Shown: positions 1 through 12,289 of the stretch, piece by piece
Layout: each line of letters begins with the position of its first letter
Position numbering within the stretch: the stretch's first letter is position 1
Assembly (NCBI RefSeq): GCF_001194135.2
Contig: NC_068982.1
Location: forward strand, 59,676,998-59,740,997
Direction of reading: 5' to 3'
Source of the DNA: Octopus bimaculoides
Taxonomy: Eukaryota
Length of the DNA: 64,000 nucleotides
Position numbers and translations under genes: made by a program
Notes under the pieces: model-generated
What the model was told of the DNA's origin: nothing
The model's database searches: none
The model's input: the letters and a program-made list of their open reading frames with translations, nothing else

Positions 1-94
1 GATAAGAGCTACAGATCATTACATTAACAGATCTTGCACATGAGGTCTACAGATCCTGTGTGTGGTTGGTGTAAGTCGCAGCTAGAGAGGTGAC

Positions 95-1130
95 GGATGT
101 TGGAATGACATCAGTGATGGAGCTATAAAAGCTAAGAGACTTGGAAAGTCTAGAAAGAAGGTGGAAACAGAGAGCAGTACATAGTAGCAGGAGAGGGAGC
201 AAGGCATTAAGTATAATTAATTTGGGGAGAAGTAGAAAAGAAGAGATTTGCACATATTCTGCAATATGAGGATTGAAAGGTAGAGAAAGTCATTGAAATT
301 TTTCAAAAATGTCAGGAATAGTTATTGAGATATTAAAAAAATCTGGTGAAGTAGAACATATGTTAGTAACACAAATATAAGAGCAGGTAATACTGGAAGG
401 GGTTGTATCCAATGACTGGCACAGCACTATCATAGTAAACTTGTTTGAGAGTGAAAGGGATGCTAAAGAGGAAATTATAGAAGCATCAAATTGTTGGACC
501 AGGTTAAGAAGATCATGGAAAGAATCATAGCACACCTAATCAGGAATAAAATTCACTCAGACGAATGCAGTTTAGCTTCATGCCTGGAAGCAGTACCACA
601 AATTACATCTTCCTACTGTAGCTACTAAATAATCTGGTGATCATTAAGGAAATCAAGTGGTGACAGACTTGTGAGGTTTATAAAAATTTTGTAAAAAGTG
701 CAGTCCTTAAAATGAGAACAAAAAGTGAGCTCAGTGATGAATTAGCATGAAGGCATAGTCCACAAAGGTTCTGTCCTATTCATCATAGTCTTGCAGACCA
801 TCACAGAGGAGTTCAAAATTGGCTGTTCACATATAATTATATATGCTGATGATCTAACTCTTGTAGCTGAATCTATCATAGAATTAGAGAAGAAATTCCA
901 GATATGGAAACAAAGCCTAGAGTGAACTTAACTAATTAATTAATACCTTTTACGACTTATTTATGACTAAGGTGTCAGTAAGCAGAAGAAAAGATAGAAC
1001 TCTAGTACCATCAGATAAATGCTCTTATTCTAAATGCAAAAAATGAGTAAGTTGGAATTACATATGAATCCAGCACAAGCTTTAGATGTCCAAGAGATGT
1101 AGTGAGATCACAAGTAAGCTATGGTTGTCT
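95..1130 (+). mobile_element. Decayed RTE-clade LINE, reverse transcriptase region
   Basis: Frameshifted translation gives RTE-type RT motifs: ENYRSIKLLDQVKKIMERII, MQFSFMPG, FIIVLQTITEEFKIGCSHIILYADDLTLVAES (YADD at ~840-852); multiple stops. Confidence 0.8.
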
Positions 1131-1267
1131 GAACACAATGTATGTTGATCAATTCACCAGGGACATTGGATGCCTCCCTGAAGACCTCTCTCAACTAATG
1201 CATTACTAAGATAGATGGTACGTGCAAGTTAAAAATGTCTGAGGAAGCTTGATTTGATGGTGATGAT

Positions 1268-1525
1268 GACTTATTCTATCAGTTCCTTTTGCTGAACTAC
1301 TGAGTTACAGGGATGTAAACAAACCAACACTAGTTGTCAAGTGGTGGTTTGGAGACAAACACAAAGACAAATACACACACACACAGAATGACAGGCTTCC
1401 ATTCAGTTTCCAACTACCAAATTTTTTCACAAGGTATTGTTGTAAGGTGCTACACAGTGGGACTGAACCTAAAACCATGTGAGCATCATGATCCCCTTGA
1501 CACCATCAAGGAAATCCCATTAGTA
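1268..1525 (-). mobile_element. SINE family A copy (partial, decayed)
   Basis: Reverse complement matches the repeat at 55777-56105 and the head at 27296 (ggttcagtcccac, ttgacaac, gtaactcag, gatagaataag). Confidence 0.7.
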
Positions 1526-1698
1526 ATACTATATCATTGCCTCCTACCATCATGACTACTGTGAATAGCAACACCATGGGTAGTGAATCGACTGAGTTGT
1601 AAGAACAACTGATGATATGCATTGGGGGTTACACTCTGAGTTAAAACCCCACCAAGGACAGCTTTGGCTTTCATTCTTTCCAGATCAATAAAATGAAA

Positions 1699-1929
1699 TT
1701 TTTGAGCGTGGCCGTTGCCAGTACCCGCCTGACTGGCCCTCGTGCTGGTGGCACATAAAAGCACCCACTACACTCTCGGAGTGGTTGGCGTTAGGAAAGG
1801 CATCCAGCTGTAAAAACTCTGACAAATCAGATTGGAGCCTGGTGTCACCTCCTGGTCCACCAGTCCTCAGTCAAATCGTCCAACCCATGCTAGCATGAAA
1901 AGCCGACGTTAAACGACGATGATGATGAT
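1699..1929 (+). mobile_element. GAT-tailed SINE / RTE 3'-end repeat (family B)
   Basis: ggagtggttggcgttagg...catccagctgta...gtccaacccatgctagcatg...gatgatgat; recurs at 7831, 21811, 41121, 50220. Confidence 0.85.
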
Positions 1930-2773
1930 TAGTCTTGAGAAGTGAAAGGGCAAAACAATTAGACATAAAACCAGAACTGTGCAATAATATTCCAGACTGT
2001 TGCACTTCAAATCCTTCCATGGAGTTCACTCTTTTGAAAGCAGCCAAAAGCCAGGTCAACAATTTTGAGAATACCATTTTCTATCCTTCCCAATAATCCC
2101 TCAGGCCCTGCAAAAAGTTATGAGTACTGTCCTTCCTTTCTTCCTGATTAGGCTATTAAAAAATACAATAAAAACAAAGAATGACATAATTTCCGTTGTA
2201 ATTAATGTCTTACACATTTGGAAATTATGTGAAATGAAAAGTAAAAAAACACATCGAGACAATAACTTCTGAATCTTGTCCTAGTATTCATTCTACAACC
2301 AGTTTAAATTTTTGCTACTAAGAAATGATTTCACTATGAATGTCCTACTGTTTAACAAATGAAAAAGCAGATAACAGGATAATAGAGATTAGCCAAACTC
2401 ACAAACATTACCAAAAATCGTCAATAATGTAGTTTATATGATCCATTATTTAGAAGACTGCAGCTGTATATATTTTTGTATTGGAATCTTATATTCTTAA
2501 ACCAAGGAACACTTATTCTATCCTATATGTACAAATGAAGGAGTGCCTGTGTGTGTATGTATATATATATATAATACAAAGAATATATATACATGTATAC
2601 ACACATATATGTACATACTTACATCTACATGTGTATATACATGCATATCAGGGTACAGGACGTTAGAACAATAAACTACAGACAACGGAACGAACATATA
2701 GGAAAACGGAAAGCCACTTGGAATATCCCTTCATCAGCTGTCTCTATTCTATCTAGNNNNNNNNNNAATAGAT

Positions 2774-2812
<39 letters not shown>

Positions 2813-2888
2813 AAGATAGTCACGTCAGAATAATAGTAGACTTACTTGCAAAAAAGGACGTGTGCGTTCAATAATGTAATAATACAAA

Positions 2889-2932
<44 letters not shown>

Positions 2933-3740
2933 CCCCACACACACACATATATATATAGTGAGCCAGTCTTTTGGAATTCTTTTATATATGACAATTATCA
3001 AAGAATATATAAAATCGTGAAAAAGTTAAAAGAAAATTATGAAATACAGAAAATACATTCAAAACAAATCAAGAAGTGAACAAGAAATGGAAGTACATGG
3101 CAGGCCATTGTAGAAACTTCCAATGAAAAGAGTAAACATTCGTACATTTATCTATAGGTTAAGTGGTTGAATTCTTGAAGAAAAATCCCATATGAATTTC
3201 ATAAATTTATGTCAAAGAGTAAAGCAATCATTACTTTCATTTGAGAATTTTGCATATTACTGAGCACTTATACATAGATATAAGTGTGTGAGTATGTACA
3301 CGAACATACGTGTATGTAATTGTATATTCATGAGAGCATGTATCCATGTGAATATAAGTATGTATGCATGTATTAATATTCCTAAACATTGCTATACATG
3401 TGTATGTGTCTGTGAGATTACATTTGAATAAGGACATGTTTATGTGACCAACTTCAATAATCTGTAAATGTATGTATATAATTGTGAAAATAATATATTT
3501 GTTGCTCTTAAAATACAAACTACTGCTTTTGTCAAAGCAGCTAAATTACATATGCCTTTATGTTTAGTTTTGAGTGTTTGCTAGTAAATATAAAAATAGC
3601 ATACATTAGAATGTCCCTCTACATCACTTATCTAATGGAGAAACTTTCTTAGGTCAACAGCAGTAATCTTAAACAATTATGATCACCCTTTCAGAAAACT
3701 TAACTGCTTTGGTAGTATTTATCTGTGTATCTTTATCACA

Positions 3741-4213
3741 GTGGAAGTGCAATGGCCCAGTGGTTAGGGCAGCGGACTCGCGGTTTCGATTCCCAGACCT
3801 GGCGTTGTGAGTGTTTATTAAGCAAAAACACCTAAAGCTCCACGAGGCTCTGGCAGGGGATGGTGGTGAACCCTGCTGTACTCTCCCACCACAACTTTCT
3901 CTCACTCTTTCTTCCTGTTTCTGTTGTACTTGTATTTCAAAGGGCCAGCCTTGTCACACTGTGTCANNNNNNNNNNNNNNNNNNNNNNNNNNNNNNNNNN
4001 NNNNNNNNNNNNNNNNNNNNNNNNNNNNNNNNNNNNNNNNNNNNNNNNNNNNNNNNNNNNNNNNNNNNNNNNNNNNNNNNNNNNNNNNNNNNNNNNNNNN
4101 NNNNNNNNNNNNNNNNNNNNNNNNNNNNNNNNNNNNNNNTGAGCAGGCTGTTCCATTGATCAGATCAACTGGAACCCTCGACACCGTAAGCGACGGAGTG
4201 CCAACAACAACAA
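3741..4213 (+). mobile_element. tRNA-derived SINE family D copy (spans N gap)
   Basis: A-box TGGCCCAGTGG and B-box-like GGTTTCGATTCC head, (caa)n tail; homologous to 18051, 22413, 54404. Confidence 0.85.
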
Positions 4214-4414
4214 TCTTTATCACAAAAAGTATAGCTTTTTGTTTGAACATTTACAAAATTAGAAATAATCACAGCTGAGTAGGAAAAAATATTTGGGGTG
4301 AGTTAACATTATATTCTGACCAGAGGAGAAAAGCTCTGAATGTTTCTGATTTATTTGCCTTCATTAGTGGAAGTATAGCATTCTCTTTTCTTTGATGATG
4401 TTACACTGACTAGC

Positions 4415-4620
4415 TAAGGTGGTGAGCTGGCAGAACCATTAGCACACCAGGTAAAATGCTTAATGGAATTTCATCCGCTTTTAAGTTTCGAGTTCAAACT
4501 CTGCCTTTTATCCTTTCAGGATTGATAAAATAAGTACCAGTTGCATAATGGGATTGATGTAATCAAATTGCCCCTTCCCTGGAACTGCTGGCCTTATGCC
4601 AAAATTTGAAATTGATATTA
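4415..4620 (+). mobile_element. SINE family C copy
   Basis: gagctggcagaa..ttagcac..aatgctta..gagttcaaa..aagtaccagtt..ggccttatgccaaaatttgaa; many copies in window. Confidence 0.8.
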
Positions 4621-4744
4621 CAGTGACTAGTTCTTTATATAGAAATATTTGTAAAAAAAATATTCAGTGATGCCAGGACATGAAATAAGTTTACAATTCA
4701 ATTATAAAGAGGGCTCTGACCACATATTCGATTAATAATTCCTT

Positions 4745-4950
4745 CTTATTTTGGCACAAGGCCAGCAGTTTTGAGAGTTAAGGATAGGTCCATTATATCA
4801 AACACAGTGCTTGACTGGTTCTCATCTTATCGGCCTCAAAAGGATGAAAGGCAAAGTCGACCTCAGTAGAATATGAACTCAGAATGTAAAGACAGATGAG
4901 ATGCTAACGTTTTGTCTAGCAACATAATAATTCTGCCGGCTTGCCAGCCT
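4745..4950 (-). mobile_element. SINE family C copy
   Basis: tttggcacaaggccagc..aaggatgaaaggcaaagtcgacctc..gaactcagaa, the reverse complement of family C. Confidence 0.8.
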
Positions 4951-5899
4951 ATATGAATAATATTATTAAAGAGAGGTTGTTTATTTCTGTTGCTTTAACA
5001 TTAAAAAAATATCAACTGTAAGGTTATATACTGTATAAACAACTGTATAAACAAAAGCAAAACTTAGGCATCCACTGATAATGACTGAAGAGTAATCAGG
5101 TAGAAAAAATTTGAAGTTGGCAATCATGCTTGTTCTACCAAAGACTAATTCTATTTAACTTCTGTGTTTTCTTTAAAGAGGTTATTTCTAATGTTGAAAA
5201 CATTGTAAATAAACCCACATTTTTATCGATTTAGAATCACAGTATCTGTGTCCCTGTGACCTTCACAAGTCACCAGTACATGCAAAATCATTTTCATATC
5301 CTCTAACCACAGGAGACTGCTCTTCCAAACTGATGTAAAAGTCACTACTAGTCGTGGGTCTATGTCATGTCCAATGTCTTTTTATTATGACTCATATTTC
5401 TTTGATCTATGCATTAGGGCAGACATATAGTCAATTGGAGGTTTGACAATTTCAGCCAGTATTTTGATGGTGTTTTCAGTTTTTTAAGGCACAGCAGAAA
5501 GAGAACCATAACTTTTCACTTTTGTAGTTGATATCATTTTTCCCAATATGCCCTGAAAAGCTTGTTGTCATTTGATGCAGGGAAAAATCTAATTCTCTTT
5601 TGGCTTTTTGTGATCAGAGAAACATCATTTTTCACTTCACCTTCTCTTTCATAATCTCCTGTAGCAAAGAAATTCACTCATCTACATTTTTTCCAGTAAC
5701 TGTGATAAGTTCAAAACGTTCATATAGTCATTATGGATTGAATGAAGGTTTGTCTTCACACTACATCTATATGAATGGACCACAGTATTTGAATGGTGTA
5801 AGAGTTGTTAATATTATTGTTATTACTGCTACTCTCTTTCATATCATCTCTTTTGAGTAATTGAGTCATTTTCTCCTATTAATAATTATACTGTTCAAT

Positions 5900-6260
5900 A
5901 AGGCAGTGAAATTGTAGAATCGTTAGCATGCCACGCAAATTGCTTAGTGGTATTTCGTCACTCTTTATGTTCTGAGTGCAAATTCCATCGAGGTCAAATT
6001 TGCCTTTCGTTCTTTCGGGAGCGACAAAATATGTATTAGTTGAGTACTGGGGCAGATGTAATCGACTTATTTTCCCCTTCGAAATTGTTGGCATTTTACC
6101 AAAATTTGAGACCTATATTTCTTGCAGGGATAGGTCGATTAGATCGACCCCGGTGCTCATCCTTTCAGGGTCGACAAAATAAGTACCAGTTGAACACTGG
6201 GGTCGATCTAATCGACCTGTCCCTTCCCCAAAATTGCTGGTCTTGTGCAATATCTTGAAA
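5900..6260 (+). mobile_element. SINE family C copy with tandemly duplicated 3' half
   Basis: Full copy at 5900-6120, then a repeat of tcctttc..gtcgacaaaataagtaccagtt..aaattgctggtcttgtgc at ~6160-6250. Confidence 0.75.
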
Positions 6261-6574
6261 GCAATAATTATACTGTTAAGTTTCTTCTTCCTTCTTTACA
6301 TGTAGATGAATATTTAAATTTCGTCTCCCGATATGATCCTCATTTTGGATGTAAAAATGAAATGTGCGCAAAGAAAATTTTAAAAGGTCTGTAAAATAAA
6401 CGTTTTTTTTTTGTTGTCTACCCCTGGGTATCAAGGAGAGCTTTTCCTTTGTCAGTTATACAAGTATTATAAACAAAATTCATTTCGTAATACTTGAATA
6501 AAAGTGCTTTAAGTGAGACTCAAACAGATATTTCCACACCACGAGAGTTAAGTTTATTAATATCAATAATTCTT

Positions 6575-6960
6575 TCCAATTTTGGCACACACAGCCAGCA
6601 GTTTTGATGGGTAGAGACTAGTTGATAACGTTAACTCTAGACCCTGAAAGGAAGGAATGCAAAATCAACCTTTAAAGCATTTGAACCCAGAACATAAAAC
6701 CGGAAAAATACCACAAAGCATTTTGTCTGGCACGATAATGATTTTGCCTGCTCGTCTCTTAACAATGATAATCCTTTTTATTATAGGTACTAGGTCCGAA
6801 ATTTTGCCGGAGGGGGCCAGTTGATTACATTAACTCCAGTGATCAAATGGTTCTTATTTTATCGACCCCGAAAGGATGAAAGACAAAGTCGACTTCGGTG
6901 GAATTTGAACTCAGAACATAAAGACAGACGAAATGCCACGAAACACACTAACTTTGTTGA
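6575..6960 (-). mobile_element. Two tandem SINE family C copies
   Basis: Two successive reverse-complement copies (~6575-6760 and ~6775-6960) with gaaaggatgaaag and ttgaactcagaac motifs. Confidence 0.75.
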
Positions 6961-6964
6961 ATCG

Positions 6965-7370
6965 GATGCTGCAACTCTGAGCCAGATGTTTCTGCTAACT
7001 TTAATGCACGTTCTTACCACACCACTCAGCCTCTTGACGTAATGGTTAGCTTTCTTTGCGGCTTCTGACAATTTCCTAGCAATATCTTTTTCTCTTCAAG
7101 ACTCCTGAGCATTGAGTAAATCCTGGTTCCAACAAATTCACCACACATATTTCTATAGGAAGGTATATCGCCTCTTACCAATTGTTTCACAGAGCTGAAC
7201 CAACTTACTGTGCTTTCTTTTTTTCCTGAAGAAAGCGTTCTCGATGTTCCCTTCGCCGGGAACTGTCAGCTTTGTCACCTTTACCACCTTTTCCTTGCAC
7301 CATACGACATGATCGGGTCTTTTGGGAGGAAAATACAGGGAAGTGGTATTTACAATGAAGGTCAACAGAG
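6965..7370 (-). mobile_element. 3' fragment of Hero/R2-group non-LTR retrotransposon (restriction-like endonuclease domain)
   Basis: Minus translation KRPDHVVWCKEKVV..KLTVPGEGNIENAFFRKKRKHSKLV..KLSEAAKKANHYV fits the RPD..ELTVPWE..EA.ERK..KY..L pattern of REL domains; stops and frameshifts. Confidence 0.7.
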
Positions 7371-7591
7371 AATAATTAAGTCCTACACGCACACACGTGT
7401 AGGGGAGTGGCGATATATGTAGTTAAGATTTAAATACATTCATACCCACTGTTCGGGAAAGTGGACAAGATTGCCGATGGGACATGAACCAGTAACCTAT
7501 CGAATATCATTTGACTGCGATAACCAAAACACTGAAGTGATCCGACACCCCTCTCCAACACAGTTAGCACAAGTAAACATTCAGTTGCATA

Positions 7592-8546
7592 CGTTACGGA
7601 TCTTTTTGATTTGATGGGCAACATTTTTCATTAATGTTTTATGTAGTGTTTTTGGTACCGAAACACTTTCAAACTTCGTATACTTGTATATTTTGTATTA
7701 TAGAACAGATAAAAAATTTTTGTATTCGAAGTTATTTCATGTAAAAAGTTGTCGTATTTCGGTAATTTCAACCAATCACTGACGTCTATTGAGGTGAAAA
7801 CAATTACTGCCGTAAGAATGTAAACAACATGAAGGGCATCCAGCTGTAGAAACTCTGCCAAATCAGACTGGAGTCTGGTGTTGCCATCCGGTTTCACCAG
7901 TCCTCAGTCAAATCGTCCAACCCATGCTAGCATGGAAAGCGGACGTTAAACGATGATGATGATGATGATGATGATGTTACGGGATCTTTTCCCTTGAATA
8001 AAATTGGTGCCGTTGTTTGTCAACAACTATCCGTGTTACTGTTATTTATGACATCGTTCGTGCGTTTGTACTGGTTTTAGGGTTCGGGTTTTAGAGTTAG
8101 GGTTAGTTTTAGGATTACGGTTAGGGTTATGATTATTTTTGCTATAACCTCACTCATAACCCTAACCCTAACACTAACCCCAACTCTAACGCTAAAACCC
8201 TAACCCGAACCCTAACCCAAACGCACGAACGATGTTATAAATAACTACCACTGAAAACAACGGCACTAATTTTATTCAAGGGAAAAGATCCCTTAACACC
8301 GTTAGAATATGTTGTTTACATTTTTACGGCAGTAACTGCATTCAGCTGAATAGACGTCAGTGATTGGTTGAAATTACACAAATACGACAACTTTAACATG
8401 AAATAACTTATTAAGAACTAATTTTTGTTAAGAAGGCTAAGAGAAAAAGATGTTTTATATGACACATTCTACCAGTATCCCAAGTTTGAAAGTGTTTCGT
8501 TAAGAAAACAAGTGTTGCCCGTCAAACCAAAAAGATCCCAGTTACC
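7592..8546. mobile_element. Long foldback (palindromic) non-autonomous DNA element, possibly Merlin-type, with telomere-like core
   Basis: Left arm 7592-7830 plus 7976-8130 is the reverse complement of right arm ~8140-8546 (ggatctttttgatttgatgggcaaca / tgttgcccgtcaaaccaaaaagatcc); centre has TTAGGG-like then CCCTAA-like arrays. Confidence 0.8.
7831..7975 (+). mobile_element. 5'-truncated family B repeat inserted in the foldback element
   Basis: gaagggcatccagctgtagaaac..gcggacgttaaac(gat)n; absent from the mirror arm. Confidence 0.9.
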
Positions 8547-9739
8547 ATTGTTTACAAATTTCATTGGTGTCTTCGACAGCCTTTTAACCTCCAACTGAGA
8601 GATTGCTATGTTGCAGGGTACTTCAATGCTGACTGAAACGACCCCAAGATGTAACGCGAACGGTTTAAGTACATTCTTAGCGTCAGATGAGAAAAGTGAA
8701 CAGGATCGTCAATCAGAATTGAACTACGAACCTGTTGATTATCGTTCTACCGCGATGACCATGATCCTAAAGCGACCCGACACTTTTGCCATCGAATTTA
8801 ATACAACCGGTCACTGCAATTCATCTCCTTTTGTATCACACAAACTTCGTCGGTAGTTTTTGTTTTTTGCCTCTCAACCTCCCCACTGGAAATTGAGAAG
8901 CAATAAAGATAGAAAAGTCAAAAAGATCGAATAATCATAGCTGTGATCATAGGGTCTGCTCGATCTCTATAGGCCTGGGGCTAAAGAATAGCAACAATAA
9001 TGGCAGGAAAAATGTAAACAAATACAGGGGGTAAAAAATTAAGTTCGGTAGTAAAGAAAAAGTCATTTCAACTGCGTAAAAGTTTTGTATTAAAAAACAA
9101 GTTTTTTTTAAATGTACTAATTAGTATTCGGTCTCAAATCAACTTTGATGCAAAAAAAAAAAAAAAACTATCGACAAAGACATTCTATACATGACTATTC
9201 CATATTTTCAAGATTATCTTGAGTTTAATAATCCAAGTGTCTAATGAAATGCGTTGTTCATGGCTTTATTTTGAAACAAATCTTCGCTTGGAAAACTTTA
9301 ATCTATTCAAATATGAACTCTTTATATTGGGATGCTTTGTATCCAGGAAACCAGGGTAGTTTAGGATAGACTAAAATCAAAATGAGTTAAAAGATTTTAA
9401 TATCTTTGGTTGGGTTAAAGGACAAACAGCTTTACCAGACGAACTTGTGTTGTTTGGGATGATATACAACACCTGGACCACTAATCAATGTGATTTCAAG
9501 CTGATTTGGTTGCTATTTCTAACAAGTCTAGATACTACGTAGAAACTCCACGTTGGCTCGGTTTAAAGAAGTTGTGTCTAAAAGAGAAACTACCCAGCCC
9601 GACTCTGACTGTCCAAATCAATGATTTTTACCAAGTTTACTAAGCAAGTCACTTCTGCTATTGACTATTTCACTATTCTAATGTGAATGTCAATGTTTTC
9701 TTTCTGAAACAAGCTCCCAGATAAAGCACTGACAGAGAA

Positions 9740-10720
9740 AGAGTTGCAGTATGGTTCTGAAATGGTGGTGGTGGTGGTGTGAGTGGTGGTAGCTATGATG
9801 TAGTGAGAGAGGTGTGGTGGTGACGGCAGGAGTTATGGTTGGCTGGTGGGTTTAGGCAGTAGTAATACTGGTTCATGAGGAGAAGGAAAGACGATGGTGG
9901 GGAGGTGGAATGGTAAGGTTACATCAATTGCATGGAGGAGCAGTGGTGTTGATGGCTATGATGGTCATGGTGCAACAATGGTGATTCTAGTAGTGGTTGT
10001 GGTGATAGTAAAGTGGGCAGGCGGTGGGCAACAGTGGTAAAAATGTGCATTGGAAATAATGAAGGTGGTAGCGGTGAATGAAAAAGATGTAGTGCATGTA
10101 TGAGTGATTTTGACTGTGTGCGTGCGAGGGAGAGAACACACGTATGTGTACCGGAGCAGGGAAGGGGTGACATTAAGACAGTTATTCATAGTTCAACATT
10201 TTAGGAATGACTAAGGTTTCTCTCACTCACTTTTCTCTCTCTACCCCCTCCTCTTTCTCTTTCTCTCTCCATACAACTCTCTCTCTCTCTTTCCTCGTCT
10301 CCATCCCACATCATTCTAGCCTTGTCCTGTCCTGCCATTTCTCCCACACCTCCCATATTCAACAAACAAGGAAACAACAAAAAGAAAAAAAGTGTGTATG
10401 TGCATGAGAGAAAGTATGCATGTGTGAAAAAGAGGGAGAAAGAGAAAGACTCAAAGGTGGTGGTGATGGTGGTTGTGGGAGAATGAAGTCAATAAAGGAA
10501 ACAGGGCAAAATAGAATCTGGGTAATGTGTGGAGGGAGAGAGAGAAATGGCAATGTAAACGACAATAGACAAGGGAAGAGGAAGATTAAAAAAAATACTG
10601 AAGAGCAGCAGTAGCAGCAACAGGAGTGATAGACAGCAGTAGCAGGAATAGTAGGTTGTTGTAAATGATAGAAATCTCTTAACACAGGCCATGTGTGGTA
10701 TTGATCTAAACGGGAGAGGT
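9740..10720. repeat. Cryptic simple-sequence tract (GGT-, CT-, GA-rich)
   Basis: Degenerate (ggt)n, (ct)n, (ga)n and (cag)n runs. Confidence 0.7.
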
Positions 10721-11060
10721 GATAAATGGCTGGATAAGGGACAAGCATAGAAAATTATCCAGACCAACTAGTGTCTCTGGTTGGGATAATGGATAGACGT
10801 GGTCCGCTGACTAACGGGTGTCTATAGTTGGCATAAGAGGACAGACGGGGTTCACCAGATGAACTTGTGTTTCTGTTTTGGAATAATATACAGAACAGAC
10901 GTGGGACAGCAATTAAGCAGTTGTTTCTTGATTGAGATAATGAACAAACATGATGCACCAACAAATTTATCTCTGGTTAGAATAATGAACAGACGTGGTC
11001 GTCTAATCAACTTGTCTCTGACTACGGAAACGGGCAGAAACGGAGCACCACCCGGACCAA
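10715..11060. repeat. Degenerate ~47-53 bp tandem repeat array (6-7 units)
   Basis: Recurring core aac..tgtctctggtt.g.ataat.gacagacgtgg at roughly 50-bp spacing. Confidence 0.6.
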
Positions 11061-12289
11061 TTAGTGCCAAGATAATTCAAGGAAATGATACTCTAACCAG
11101 ATTTTTCTTTAAAAAAAAAAAAAAACTACATTGAGATTGATATCTGCAATGTGGGGGAGGGTGGACAAGACGAAGATTACTACAGACCACGTGGCGGCGA
11201 ATCTTTCAGAAGAACCTTAAGGTTGTCAAAAGACGCTGAATAAACGAAAGATAAAACTTTGAAGAATAATTGTCACCCAAACCGCTATTGAGCGTGGGAT
11301 GGGGAAACTAATTTACTTCAAATGTGTGTATTACGAATAATTCATAGGAAATACTATCAAAACAAATATGTACTACGTACACTGCTAATTGATTGTAAGA
11401 TAAAAACGCAAGCAGGACCTTCTTCAACCGGAGGACAGACACTAAGTGTTGATATTAAGTTGGAATGTCAGATATTGCAAACCTCTTTTCTTTGCGTGTA
11501 GACAATCTACGGCAAAATGAATCAATCGTTTTAGATTTAACTTATACCTGGAGCTCTTACTTATAAATATTCCTTAATTACAAGAATATTGAATTTAAAC
11601 AGCTTAAACAAGCAGAAACAATATTGTGTCTATTGCCTTCATATGCACAATGCGAAAAAAAAATTAAAATCTCAAACATTTCAACTTAATTATAATTTTA
11701 TGTAGTTTCTTCCGTGGTCGTATATACCTTCAGTTCAATTTAACAGGGAAACATTTTTAGAAAAAAAAAAAAAGAAGAAAAAAAATTGTTTTTTTACAAT
11801 TAGTCCTGCCTAATTTGATGGTACTGAGTTCAGAAATGCCCACGGAAATTTTGTATAATGTCAAGCTCTTTTAAAAAGAATCAATTCTTTTTCTCACAGA
11901 GTGTCAATTTTACCACGAAATACAATACTAAAATAAGAAACTCAAAGACAGGGCAAATTTACCGTTTCGGAGATATTCGCTTTTTAGGAGGGTTCCGAGT
12001 ACAATTTTCTGTTTAGATGGTTTCTCGTGTAGTTTGTTGGCATCCATGTTTGGAATTAATCAAATAGGTTTGATGATATTTGAACGGTGAATTCTGCTGA
12101 TAAGAAACTTAAAATACCGCTTAATAACCAATGAAATTGCTTCGTTCAGGGTTGCCGTTTCAAGTTGATTCAGTTTACGTTCAAGATAGCAGTTTGAAGG
12201 AGCCTCCGTTTACGGTTGCTGTCGTTTTAAGTTATGGGAAGCTGTAATTATTGTTTAGTTAGCCTATACGAGGCCATTCAATGTTTCCG

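Noticed and set aside
3741-3800. tRNA-gene-like sequences here and at 18290-18355, 22680-22745, 54405-54480
   Set aside because: A/B boxes run directly into shared SINE bodies and there is no complete cloverleaf; these are SINE heads.
5200-5870. Protein-like broken minus-strand frames
   Set aside because: Probably a TE relic, but I could not assign a family with confidence.
8070-8220. Head-to-head telomere fusion scar
   Set aside because: The repeats are short, degenerate and embedded symmetrically in a foldback element.
10715-11060. CRISPR-like periodicity
   Set aside because: Units are degenerate along their whole length with no identical repeats or unique spacers, and the context is eukaryotic with no cas genes.
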